A stretch of 64,000 nucleotides of DNA, from assembly GCA_963809895.1 (NCBI GenBank), contig CAWELD010000003.1:2432001-2496000 (forward strand), in the 5' to 3' direction. Position numbers and translations under genes: made by a program. The notes beneath the pieces are model-generated. The model saw only the letters and a list, made by a program, of their open reading frames with translations. It did not search any database and was not told where the DNA came from. Source of the stretch: an uncultured Gemmatimonadales bacterium (GTDB taxonomy: Bacteria > Gemmatimonadota > Gemmatimonadetes > Longimicrobiales > Gaopeijiaceae). This document shows, one piece after another, positions 51,150-60,639 of the stretch. Position 1 is the stretch's first letter; every line of letters begins with the position of its first letter.

Positions 51150-53747
51150 TCAGGGCAGGAGGGCCGCACGCAATCCCCCCGCCACGAGCGTGGAGATGTT
51201 GGTGAGGACGGTGGGCAGGGCCAACCCGCCCGGCGCGGCCAGATACCGTCCCTCCCAGCGGGGATCGAACTTCTCCTTGTAGGCCCGCAACCCCTGGAAG
51301 TTGTAGAAGTGCTCCCCGTAGCGGAACACCGCCGCGCCCAGGCGGTCCCAACGGGGCGCCATGGGCCTGTCTTCCAGACCCGACAGGGGAGCCATCCCCA
51401 GATTGAAGGTGGCGTAGCCCTGCTGCCGACCCCACAGCATGAGCTGGACGAACATGTACTCCATGCAGCTCCGTGGGGCCGTGGCGGGATCGTAGCGCAT
51501 GAGGTCCACGGAGAGCTCCTGGCCGGGAGCCGCCGGAAACAGATTGGCGAAGGCCACCGGCCGCTCCTCGACGGACACCAGGGCGACGGGCAGCCGTCGC
51601 AGGTAGTCCTCGGAAAAGGCACCCAGGCTGAAGGCCTTCTCGCGGGCGCCCTTGTCCGCCAGCCAGGCGTCGGAGATCTCGCGAAGCCTGGGAAGGTGGG
51701 GACCGACCTCGGTGGCGGGCAGCACCGAGAAGCGGCCGCCCTCCTGCTCCACCTTGCGCACCGTGCGCCGCAGCCCGCTGCGGGATCCCCCCTCGAGGCC
51801 GAACTCGGCCAGGGGCACCAGGGCTTCCTCACCGAGCTTCAGGAGCCGGAGGCCTGCGTCGGCGTAGAGGCCCAGATGACGCGGATGCGCCTGATAGAAG
51901 ACCGGCCAGCCTCCGTGGCGGAGGGCCATGCTCCGGAACTCCCACACGAGATCGGGAAGCGCGCCGTCCTCGCCCACGGGATCGCCCATGGACACCCAGC
52001 TGCGACCCTCGACGCCGAACATGACGAACCCCCGGCGCCCGGGATCGAGGAAGAAGGCCTTGTCACCCAGAAGGGCCAGATTGGCGTAGGAGCGGGGCGA
52101 CCGGGCCACCAGCTCCACGACGGCGTCGGGAATCACGCCCCGCGGCTCGGCTTCCGGCGGCACCGAAGGCCGCAGGAGCCGCGTCGCGCCGAAGAGGAGG
52201 AGCACGAGAGAAGCCCCCACCGCCCCCCGGAGAAACCGCGGCGCGTCGGCGCTGGCCGCGAAGCGCCACCAGACGTCGTGGGTGTAGCCCACGTTCCGGA
52301 AGGCGAAGAACCCGATCCAGAGGGCGGCCAGGAGCGTGGCTACGATCCCCATGGCCCAGCCCGGGCTGAAGGGCTCGGCGGTGAGTGACGAGGACCGGAA
52401 GAACTCCCGGTGCGAGGGCAGGAGCGCCGTCAACACCAGGAGCTGCGTCAGCGCCGAGATACCGATCCCCCCCCGGGTCACGGTGAGGACCAGCCCCACG
52501 CCCAGCAGCATGAGCGTCAGGTGATAGGCCCCGTCGAGCCGGCGAGCCAGGCCCCAGGCCAGGACCAGGAGTCCCGCTCCCACCACGCTGCCGAGAAAGT
52601 GGGAGACCTCCAGGACCGGGAGCGGGACCGCCTCGGCGAGCCAGCTGAGGCGAGCGGCCGGCAGCGGGAGCGAGCCGGTGACGAGCAGCAGCGCTCCCGC
52701 GATGAAGACGGCCGCGGACAGCGCCAGAGGCACCACGCCCGAGACCCCTTCGCCGACGCGCCCCATGGTGCGGCCCACCACACCACGCCTCACCCACAGC
52801 TCGTAGACCCCCAGCATGAGCGTGGCCAGCAGCAGGGGCAGGAGGTAGTAGACGGCCCGGTAGACCAGGAGCGAGGCCACCAGCGCGTCGTCGGCCACCC
52901 GATCCGGGAGTACCACGAGCAGGACCGCCTCGAACACCCCCAGTCCTCCGGGAACGTGGCTGATGAAGCCCACGATCTGCGCCAGGAGGAACGCGCTCAG
53001 GAAGAGGGGAAAGGACAGGCCGTGGTCCGAGGGCAGAAGCACGTAGAGGACGGCGGCGGCCACGGTCCAGTCGGCGAGGCCCGCCAGCACCTGCTTTACC
53101 GCCAGCCCCGGTCGGGGCAGGGTGACGCTCCAGCGTCCCAGGCGCAGCGGACGGCGGACCCGGGCCGCGGCGACCAGGTATCCCCCGGCCAGAATCAACA
53201 GCAGAACGCCCAGCGGAAGGGTCGTGAGACCGTGCCCGGTGCCCGGCAACGGCAGGGGCTCCAGGCTGAACGCCATGCCACCCACCACCACGAAGCCCAG
53301 CCAGAAGGTCCCGGAGTAGAAGGCGACGATGCGCGCGAACGCACCGGCCTCGACGCCCCAGGAGGCGTACAGGCGATAGCGGATGGGGGCCCCCGTGAGT
53401 AACGGGAACCCCAGCGCGTTGCTGAAGGCGTATCCGAGGAAGGAGGCGAAGGCGGCCTGCCGATAGGGCACGTCGGCGGTGACATAGCGCAACGCCAGCG
53501 CGTCGTAACTCGTGAGGATGGCGTAGCTGGCCGCCGTGAAGAGGAGGGCCAGTCCCACGCGGTAGGGCGCCAGCGCCTCCAGCTCCTCCATGACCTCGGC
53601 CAGGGCGTGCGCGCCCAGCTCCCTCTGCAGCACGACGAAGGCGCCGACGAGGAGGGCCACCGCCAGGAGCGGCGCCATCCACCGGCGCCAACCCGCGTGG
53701 GTGGCTCCAGCGTCACCGGGCCCCTCCACGCCTTCTTCGGGCCTCAC
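51150..53747 (-). CDS. mprF: Bifunctional lysyl-phosphatidylglycerol synthase/flippase
   Basis: PGGLGVFE, YRAVYYLLP, LALLGDK, SVDLMRY, NLGMAPLSG, YNFQGLRAYKEKF. Confidence 0.95.
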   Translation of the reverse strand: MRPEEGVEGPGDAGATHAGWRRWMAPLLAVALLVGAFVVLQRELGAHALAEVMEELEALAPYRVGLALLFTAASYAILTSYDALALRYVTADVPYRQAAFASFLGYAFSNALGFPLLTGAPIRYRLYASWGVEAGAFARIVAFYSGTFWLGFVVVGGMAFSLEPLPLPGTGHGLTTLPLGVLLLILAGGYLVAAARVRRPLRLGRWSVTLPRPGLAVKQVLAGLADWTVAAAVLYVLLPSDHGLSFPLFLSAFLLAQIVGFISHVPGGLGVFEAVLLVVLPDRVADDALVASLLVYRAVYYLLPLLLATLMLGVYELWVRRGVVGRTMGRVGEGVSGVVPLALSAAVFIAGALLLVTGSLPLPAARLSWLAEAVPLPVLEVSHFLGSVVGAGLLVLAWGLARRLDGAYHLTLMLLGVGLVLTVTRGGIGISALTQLLVLTALLPSHREFFRSSSLTAEPFSPGWAMGIVATLLAALWIGFFAFRNVGYTHDVWWRFAASADAPRFLRGAVGASLVLLLFGATRLLRPSVPPEAEPRGVIPDAVVELVARSPRSYANLALLGDKAFFLDPGRRGFVMFGVEGRSWVSMGDPVGEDGALPDLVWEFRSMALRHGGWPVFYQAHPRHLGLYADAGLRLLKLGEEALVPLAEFGLEGGSRSGLRRTVRKVEQEGGRFSVLPATEVGPHLPRLREISDAWLADKGAREKAFSLGAFSEDYLRRLPVALVSVEERPVAFANLFPAAPGQELSVDLMRYDPATAPRSCMEYMFVQLMLWGRQQGYATFNLGMAPLSGLEDRPMAPRWDRLGAAVFRYGEHFYNFQGLRAYKEKFDPRWEGRYLAAPGGLALPTVLTNISTLVAGGLRAALLP

Positions 53748-54457
53748 GGGACCTCCGCCACCCGCTCGAGGATGATCCTCGCCACCCCGGCCGGGTCGGC
53801 GATGCGATGTCCGCCCGGACGCTCCACCGCCTCCATCAGGCCAGGAGGCGCGTGGGGACACAGCGCTTGGGACTCGTCCTCACCATAGACGCACACAACC
53901 CTCAGATCCCTCATCTTCTCCAACTCGGGCATGACCGGCCGATCGGAATCCCGGTGCACGTTCCGCACGAGATCCACCCAGTGGAAGGTGAAGCTCGCGT
54001 TGGCCGTGGGCCCGAGCAGCGCCACGAGCTCCACCCGCTCCCGAAGGTCTGTGGGAAGCCGGGTCACCGCAAAGGGCATCAGGTCGGCGCCCCGCGAATA
54101 TCCGATCAGGATCACCCGCTCGTGGTCACCGCCGGCCAGGTGCTCGCGAAGCACACGCGTCACGTCGGCCGCCAGACCCTCCGGATCGCGAGGCGCCGAG
54201 GTGAGGTAGGTGCGCGCGCGCAGTCCCACGACCGGGATCCCCGCCGCCGCCAGACTGTCCGCCACGACCCGGTCGGCGCCCGCCCAGTCGCCGTCGCCGG
54301 AGATGAACATGGCCACGGGTCGCCCCGGGGGGGCCGCGACCCGGCCCGACGCCGGGACATCCACCAGCGGCAGCTCGCCGGGGGGAGCCCCGGTGCACGC
54401 CGACGAGGCCGCGAGGAGCCCGGCCAGCATGGATGGGAGAACGGGGAAGCGGCGCAT
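53744..54457 (-). CDS. AcvB/VirJ family lysyl-PG hydrolase (single domain)
   Basis: SGDGDW, GYSRGAD, CVYGEDE, PGGH; signal peptide; overlaps the mprF start. Confidence 0.88.
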   Translation of the reverse strand: MRRFPVLPSMLAGLLAASSACTGAPPGELPLVDVPASGRVAAPPGRPVAMFISGDGDWAGADRVVADSLAAAGIPVVGLRARTYLTSAPRDPEGLAADVTRVLREHLAGGDHERVILIGYSRGADLMPFAVTRLPTDLRERVELVALLGPTANASFTFHWVDLVRNVHRDSDRPVMPELEKMRDLRVVCVYGEDESQALCPHAPPGLMEAVERPGGHRIADPAGVARIILERVAEVP

Positions 54458-54519
54458 GGCGTCAGCCCGCCGACCGGGACCCCCCTTGCCCGCCGGCGGG
54501 GGCCCTTCCGGTCCGCCGC

Positions 54520-56094
54520 TCAGCGCGGCCTGGGGGTGAGGCGGGCCACAGGGACGACCATCTCCTCGGGTGAAATGCCCCCGTGCAGGAAGGAGTTCTT
54601 GTACTTGGCCTGGTACTCCCGGAGCTTCGTGGGATAGACGAAGAAGTGATCGTCCAGCGCCAACAGGTACGTGGTGCCCAGGCGGCCGGAGGGGAAGCGG
54701 ATGTCCCCCTGGTCGCGCGTGCTGAACACGTCGTCGGGCACCTCCGCCCTCAGGTCGACCCCGAACTTGTAGCGCAGGTTGGAGGTGGCGTCACGGCGGG
54801 CAAACACCGTGGTGGGGTGCTGGCACAGGATGGATCCGTGGTCCGTGGTGAGGACCACCCGGTGTCCCCCCGCCGCGGCCTCCTTGAGCACCTGGAAGGC
54901 AGTGGAGCGTTCGAACCAGGACCGGGTGAGGTCGCGAAGCGCCGCCTCGTCCTTGGCCACCTCCATGAGGATGGGGGACTCGGAGCGGCCGTGGGTCATG
55001 AGGTCCACGAAGTTGAAGACCAGCGCCACCACGGAGCCCGGCGTGCGCAGCGCCGAGCGGATGCGCGCGCGTACCTGCTCCGCCTCACGATCGGTGAAGA
55101 TCTTGTCGTAGTGGATGGGGACGTCACGCCCCGTCAGACGCCGGAGCTGCTCCGCCAGGAGCTCGTCCTCGAAAGCGTTGAGCGAGCCCTCGTCGTCGGA
55201 CTGATCCCACCACTCGGGCCGGGCACGGGCGATCTCGTCGGGGAACTGACCGCTGAAGATGGCGTTGCGGGCGTAGGGGGTCGCGGTGGGCAGGATCGAG
55301 TAGTGCAGCGACTCCTCGATCTCGAAGAAGGGGGCCAGCAGCGGCGCGATCACCCGCCACTGGTCCAGCCGCATGCAGTCCAGCACCACGAAGAAGACCG
55401 GCTCGTGGCCCAGCAGCGGCACCAGGTGACGCTTCACCAGGTCCACGGACAGATCCGGGCGGCCGTCGGCCGAGCGCATCCAGCGCGGATAGGTCTTCAC
55501 CATCCACTGCCCGAAGTCCCTGCGCAGGTCCACCATCATGGCCAGGATGCTGTCCAGGAGCCCCTCTTCGCCGGCCTGTTCCAGGCGAATGTGCCAGTCC
55601 ACGAGCTCCTGGAAGAGATCGGCGTAGTCCTGGGCGCTGTGGGCCTCGTGGCGCTTCACCGAGAGGCGCGAGAAGCGCGCGGCGAAGTCCTGGGCCACCT
55701 GCTGCTGCCGGATGGTGGAGCCCTCGAGGATGCGCGTGACCACGCTCAGCACCTGGCGGGGCGAGGTCGGCTTGACCAGGTAGTCGTCCACCCGGCGTCC
55801 GATGGCCTCGGTCATGGTCCGGTCTTCTTCCGACTTGGTGACCATCACCACCCGGGCGTGGGGGTCCTCGCGACGGAGCGCCTCCAGCACCTCCAGCCCC
55901 CGCCGGCCCGGCATCTGCTCGTCCAGGAGCACCAGGTCGTAGGGATTCTCGCGCAGAAGTGCCAGAGCGTCGTCGCCGTTGGAGATGGCGTCGACGTGAT
56001 AGCCCCGTGCCTGCAGGAAGAGAACGTGGGGGCGCAGGAGCTCCACCTCGTCGTCCACCCACAGGATGCGCTTGCCGCGGCTCACCTGGTTCAT
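54520..56094 (-). CDS. PorX-like response regulator: receiver + PglZ (alkaline phosphatase superfamily) domain
   Basis: ILWVDDE, LLDEQMPG, TKSEE; LDCMRLDQW, LPTATPYARNAIFSG, TTDHGS, HGGISPEEM. Confidence 0.9.
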   Translation of the reverse strand: MNQVSRGKRILWVDDEVELLRPHVLFLQARGYHVDAISNGDDALALLRENPYDLVLLDEQMPGRRGLEVLEALRREDPHARVVMVTKSEEDRTMTEAIGRRVDDYLVKPTSPRQVLSVVTRILEGSTIRQQQVAQDFAARFSRLSVKRHEAHSAQDYADLFQELVDWHIRLEQAGEEGLLDSILAMMVDLRRDFGQWMVKTYPRWMRSADGRPDLSVDLVKRHLVPLLGHEPVFFVVLDCMRLDQWRVIAPLLAPFFEIEESLHYSILPTATPYARNAIFSGQFPDEIARARPEWWDQSDDEGSLNAFEDELLAEQLRRLTGRDVPIHYDKIFTDREAEQVRARIRSALRTPGSVVALVFNFVDLMTHGRSESPILMEVAKDEAALRDLTRSWFERSTAFQVLKEAAAGGHRVVLTTDHGSILCQHPTTVFARRDATSNLRYKFGVDLRAEVPDDVFSTRDQGDIRFPSGRLGTTYLLALDDHFFVYPTKLREYQAKYKNSFLHGGISPEEMVVPVARLTPRPR

Positions 56095-56298
56095 GCTGGC
56101 CGGAAGTTGGCGGAGGAGGAGCGCCGGGAGAGCGCGTGAGGATCGTCTGAAGGTAGGAACCGGGCGAGTCCGGCGCGACCCGTGCCACCGCGTCGGGACG
56201 CCGCCCGGCCCGGCCGGTGCAACGCTTTCGGATCCCATGACGTCCACTATAATGAGCATCATGATATCTGCGCTCTCCGCCTTCGGACGCTCCACGCC

Positions 56299-56649
56299 AT
56301 GACTGCCGATCCCGACTCGTTCCTGCCGCTGACCACCCCCGAGTACCACGTGCTGCTGGCGCTGGGGGACCGGGCGCTGCACGGCTACGCCATGATGCAG
56401 TCGCTGGACGACAAGACCGGCGGCCGCGAGGCGCTCCTGCCGGGCACGCTCTACGCCACGGTGGCGCGCATGCTCACCCGGGGCCTGCTGACGGAGCTCG
56501 AGCACCCGCCGGAGAGCGACGCCGACCCCCGCCGGCGCTACTACCGGGTCACGCCGCTGGGGCGCGCGGTGGCCCGGGCCGAATCGGCGAGGCTGCGGCG
56601 ACTTCTGGAGGTCGCGGAACGCGAGAACCTGGCGCCGGAGCGTCCGTGA
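56299..56649 (+). CDS. PadR family transcriptional regulator #3
   Basis: HVLLAL, HGYAM, GTLYATV, RRRYYRVTPLG. Confidence 0.93.
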   Translation: MTADPDSFLPLTTPEYHVLLALGDRALHGYAMMQSLDDKTGGREALLPGTLYATVARMLTRGLLTELEHPPESDADPRRRYYRVTPLGRAVARAESARLRRLLEVAERENLAPERP

Positions 56650-59402
56650 CAGGGCCCGGCCGGCTCGTCGAGGGTCTCTTCGCCCTGGCGACCCGATGCT
56701 ATCCGCGCTGGATCCGGCACTCCATGGGCGCGCAGATGCGGGAGGCGTTCCGGGCCGGCTACCGGGAGCACCGGGCGCGAGGTGGCCGAGGGGCGGCACT
56801 GCGATACGCACTACGGGCCATCGCCGATGCGGTGGTCAACGGACTCGAGGAACGAACGCGAGGAGGCCCGGGCGACGTCCCGCGCACCTCGAACACGGGA
56901 GGAGGCATGCGGCGCTTGGCGGAGTGGCTTGCCGATCTGAAGCTGGCGGGACGGACGCTGCGCCGGTCCCCGGGATTCACCGGGGCGGCGATCCTGGTGC
57001 TGGCGCTGGGCATCGGCGCCAATGCGGCCATCTTCAGCGCGGTGAAGGCCACGCTGCTGGCGCCGCCCCCCTTCCCGGACCCCCAGCGCCTCGTGGTGTT
57101 GAACCTCACGGACTCGTCCACCACGGACCCCGGCCCGGCCCGGAGCTTCATCTGGTCCTATCCGAAGTATCGCGTGATGGCGGAGACCGAGGGCCGGCTG
57201 GCCGACCCGGTGGCCGCCTACGCCCGGCGCACCCTGACCCTCACGGGCCAGGGCGACGCCACGGTGGTCACGACGGAGCTGGTGACGCCGGACTACCTGG
57301 ACGTGCTGGGGATCACGCCGATGCTGGGACGGGATTTCGCGGCCTCGGACGACGTGGACGGCGCACCGCCCACCGTGCTGCTCTCGCACGGGATCTGGCA
57401 GGATCGCTTCGGCGCGGACCCCGGGGTCGTGGGCCGCTCCGTGACCCTCAACGGGCGCGCCGCCACCGTGATCGGCGTGGCGCCCGCCGGCTTCCGGGGC
57501 CTCACCGGACAGGCCCGCATGTGGGCGCCCATTCACACCGGTGCGCAGCTCATCACCCCCATCCTCGTCAGGGGAGCGCAGGCCCACTGGCTGCTGGCCA
57601 TCGGCCGGCTCCGGCCCGGCGCGACGGCCACGGCCATGGACGAGCAGATGCACGCCATCGGCCGCACCATCGCCGAGACCTACCCCGATTCCGATCCAAC
57701 CGTGATCCGGGGAGGCAACGCCGAATCGCTCATGGAAGCGCGCGTCAATCCACAGGCGCGCCGTTCCTTGCTCGTGTTGAGCGCCGCCGCGGCCCTCCTC
57801 CTTCTGGTTGCGTGCGGCAACCTCGCCGGCCTGCTGGTGGCCCGGGCCAGTGCCCGCGTGCGCGAAACGGCCGTACGCGTCGCCTTGGGTGCGGGGCGCT
57901 GGCGGGTCGCGCGCACATTGCTGACCGAGAGCGTCCTGCTGGCCGCCCTCGGAGGAGCCGCGGCCATGCTGGTGGCGCGCTTCGGCACCGACGCGCTGGT
58001 GGCCGCCTGGCCGGCGCGCTTCCTGGACGGGGGTTGGAATCTGCGCTTCGCCGATCTGGACCGGATTCGGGTCGATGGGTGGGTGCTGGCCTTCACCGGT
58101 GCTCTGGCGCTGGCCGCCGGGATCCTGTTCGGGGCCGTGCCCGCCCTGTCGGCGCTGCGGGTGCGCCCCGGGCGGGCTCTACGCGAAGGTGCGGCAGGGG
58201 CCGTGGGAGGTCGCAGCACGTGGGACGTGCGGAGCGCCCTCGTCGCCGGCGAGATGGCGCTGGCCCTGGTCCTTCTCGTGGGCGCGGGCCTGCTGCTCCG
58301 CTCGCTGGGGCAGCTCAACGCCGTGGACCGGGGCTACACGCCCGGGAACCTGGTGACCTTCGACGTGAGCCTGCCCAGCACCAGTCGCTGGGCCGACGAT
58401 CGCGCGGGTTTCTACGAGGACTACCTGAATCGGCTGCGGGGGATTCCCGGGGTGGAGAGCGCGGCCATGGGCTGCGTGGCGCCGGTGTCCGGCCACTGCA
58501 TGATCACGGGCGTGCGTGAAGCCGGGGACCGGAGCTGGCCCGAGGGGTCGCGGCCGGCCATCGGCGTGCACTACGTGAGCGACGGCTTCTTCTCGACGCT
58601 GGGCATTCCGGTCCTGGAGGGGCGCGACTTCGGCCCACAGGATCAGCGCGACTCGCCCCCGGTGATCGTGTTGAGCCAGGAGGCCGCCCGTCAGCTCTTT
58701 CCCGATGGCGGCGCGCTGGGCCGCCGCGTCGCCATGGGCACCGAGCTCACCTCCGACGAGGGCAGCTACGCCCAGGTCGTGGGCATCGTGGGCGACGTTC
58801 TCTTCGACCGCCCGGAGAACGGCATCATGCCCGAGGCCTTCATCAGCCATCGACAGGAGGACGGCTACGGGACCTTCTTCCTGCGGACCCGCGGCGAGCC
58901 CATGGCGGCTGTGCCGGCCGCCCGAGCGGCGCTGGCCGAGATCGATCCCGACGTGCCCCTGGCCAGCGTCGAGACGCTGGATCAGGTCGAGGCGGGAGCG
59001 TCGGCGGAGACGCGCTCCCTGGGTGGTCTGCTCGCGGTGTTCGCCGCGCTGGCCCTGATCATGGCGTGCACCGGCGTCTGGGCGGTGGTGGCCTACGCGG
59101 TCAGCCGCCGGACCCGGGAGCTCGGGTTGCGGGTCGCCCTCGGCGCCGAACCGGGGCAGGTGGTGGGTCTGGTCATGCGTAAGGGGCTGACGCTGGCGTT
59201 GGCGGGGGCGGCCCTGGGAGGGCTGGGCGCCTGGGCGGCCACTCGTCTCCTCCGGAGCCTGCTGTACGACGTGGCGCCATCGGACCCCACGGCCTTCGTG
59301 GGAGGCGTCGCCGCGCTACTGCTGGTGGCGGGGCTGGCCGCCTGGATCCCGGCGCGCCGGGCTACGAGACTCGACCCCATGGAGGCGCTCAGGGCCGACT
59401 GA
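56646..59402 (+). CDS. Duplicated orphan ABC permease (ADOP type) #3
   Basis: GTGA overlap with padR #3; LALGIGANAAIFS; VACGNLAGLL; ELGLRVALGA; PARRATRLDPMEALRAD. Confidence 0.93.
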   Translation: MTGPGRLVEGLFALATRCYPRWIRHSMGAQMREAFRAGYREHRARGGRGAALRYALRAIADAVVNGLEERTRGGPGDVPRTSNTGGGMRRLAEWLADLKLAGRTLRRSPGFTGAAILVLALGIGANAAIFSAVKATLLAPPPFPDPQRLVVLNLTDSSTTDPGPARSFIWSYPKYRVMAETEGRLADPVAAYARRTLTLTGQGDATVVTTELVTPDYLDVLGITPMLGRDFAASDDVDGAPPTVLLSHGIWQDRFGADPGVVGRSVTLNGRAATVIGVAPAGFRGLTGQARMWAPIHTGAQLITPILVRGAQAHWLLAIGRLRPGATATAMDEQMHAIGRTIAETYPDSDPTVIRGGNAESLMEARVNPQARRSLLVLSAAAALLLLVACGNLAGLLVARASARVRETAVRVALGAGRWRVARTLLTESVLLAALGGAAAMLVARFGTDALVAAWPARFLDGGWNLRFADLDRIRVDGWVLAFTGALALAAGILFGAVPALSALRVRPGRALREGAAGAVGGRSTWDVRSALVAGEMALALVLLVGAGLLLRSLGQLNAVDRGYTPGNLVTFDVSLPSTSRWADDRAGFYEDYLNRLRGIPGVESAAMGCVAPVSGHCMITGVREAGDRSWPEGSRPAIGVHYVSDGFFSTLGIPVLEGRDFGPQDQRDSPPVIVLSQEAARQLFPDGGALGRRVAMGTELTSDEGSYAQVVGIVGDVLFDRPENGIMPEAFISHRQEDGYGTFFLRTRGEPMAAVPAARAALAEIDPDVPLASVETLDQVEAGASAETRSLGGLLAVFAALALIMACTGVWAVVAYAVSRRTRELGLRVALGAEPGQVVGLVMRKGLTLALAGAALGGLGAWAATRLLRSLLYDVAPSDPTAFVGGVAALLLVAGLAAWIPARRATRLDPMEALRAD

Positions 59403-59440
59403 CGCCCTCCGGCGCACGGCGTGCGCGAGATCGCTCAGCC

Positions 59441-59480
59441 ACCGACCCCCGCCACTTGATAAACGGCGGGGGTCGGTTTC
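59441..59480 (+). terminator. Terminator hairpin after ADOP #3
   Basis: ACCGACCCCCGCC / GGCGGGGGTCGGT 13-bp stem ending in TTTC. Confidence 0.7.
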
Positions 59481-59559
59481 AATATAGGCGGCGCTTTTCT
59501 CCGGGGGACCGCGCCCCGACTCACCCCGCCACAACGCTGACGCCTGCGAAGGAGGACCC

Positions 59560-60042
59560 GTGAGGGGATATCTCGGCTTGGCCCTGCTCCTGGGGGCGGC
59601 CTGGGTCTTGTGGTCCTTCTACTTCACGCCACTCCTCCTCTCTCTCGGCGCTGCCTCGGTCCTCCTGGTCCTGTTCGTCGTCCACCGCATGAAGGTCGTG
59701 GACGATGAGGCCAATCAGGTGGATCTGGTGAACATCCGCACGATCCTCTACGTGCCCTGGCTGCTCTGGGAAGTCGTCAAGGCGAACCTGGACGTGGCCA
59801 AGCTGATCCTGGACCCGAAGGTCCCGATCTCGCCGCGCATGATCCGGGTTCCGGCCAGCCAACGCACGGCGCTGGGCAAGGTGGTCTACGCCAACTCCAT
59901 CACGCTCACGCCGGGCACCATCAGCGTGGACGTGGACGAGGAGGAGAGCACGATCCTGGTGCACGCCCTCACGAAGGGCGCCGCCGACGGCCTGGAGACC
60001 GGTGAGATGGATCGCCGGGTCAGCGCGCTGGAGGGCAACTGA
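59560..60042 (+). CDS. mrpE: Mrp/Mnh Na+/H+ antiporter subunit E
   Basis: ANSITLTPGT; VKANLDVA. Confidence 0.93.
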   Translation: MRGYLGLALLLGAAWVLWSFYFTPLLLSLGAASVLLVLFVVHRMKVVDDEANQVDLVNIRTILYVPWLLWEVVKANLDVAKLILDPKVPISPRMIRVPASQRTALGKVVYANSITLTPGTISVDVDEEESTILVHALTKGAADGLETGEMDRRVSALEGN

Positions 60043-60043
60043 C

Positions 60044-60313
60044 GTGTTCACCATGGCCCTCCTGGCGATCCTGGGTACCATGCTCCTGGCCCTGACCCGG
60101 GCCTGGCGCGGACCCACCGTCTACGACCGCATCCTCGCGGTCAACTCCTTCGGCACCGTGACGGTGCTCTTCATCGCGGTGCTGGGCTTCTTCAACGGCC
60201 GGCCCGACTTCCTGGACCTGGCGCTGCTCTACGCGCTCCTGAACTTCATCGGCACCTTCGCCATCCTGCGGTACTTCCTGTACGGCAACTTCCACGAGCC
60301 GGGACGGGACTGA
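60044..60313 (+). CDS. mrpF: Mrp/Mnh subunit F
   Basis: GPTVYDRILA; DLALLYALLNFIG. Confidence 0.92.
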   Translation: MFTMALLAILGTMLLALTRAWRGPTVYDRILAVNSFGTVTVLFIAVLGFFNGRPDFLDLALLYALLNFIGTFAILRYFLYGNFHEPGRD

Positions 60314-60315
60314 GG

Positions 60316-60639
60316 ATGGCCTGGGCACTGGACGCGCTGAGCTGGCTCTTCCTGGCCGTGGGATCGGTGTTCTGCCTCATCGGCGGACTCGGACTCCTGC
60401 GCATGCCCGGCTTCTACTCGCGCGCACACGCCTCGGGCATCACCGACACGCTGGGTGCCGGTTCGATCCTCATCGGCCTGACCTTCCAGGCCGGGTGGTC
60501 GCCCAACACCATCAAGCTGCTTCTCATCCTCTACTTCCTGCTGTTGACCAGCCCCACCGCGGCCCACGCCCTGCTCAACGGCGCGTACACCCGCGGGCTG
60601 AAGCCCAGGACGGAGAGCGATGCCGGAGGTGAGCCGTGA
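60316..60639 (+). CDS. mrpG: Mrp/Mnh subunit G
   Basis: GLLRMPGFYSRAHA; SPTAAHAL. Confidence 0.92.
   Translation: MAWALDALSWLFLAVGSVFCLIGGLGLLRMPGFYSRAHASGITDTLGAGSILIGLTFQAGWSPNTIKLLLILYFLLLTSPTAAHALLNGAYTRGLKPRTESDAGGEP

Noticed and set aside
54520..56094. BREX defence system (PglZ domain)
   Set aside because: PglZ is fused to a receiver in PorX architecture, and no brxC, pglX or brxL genes are present
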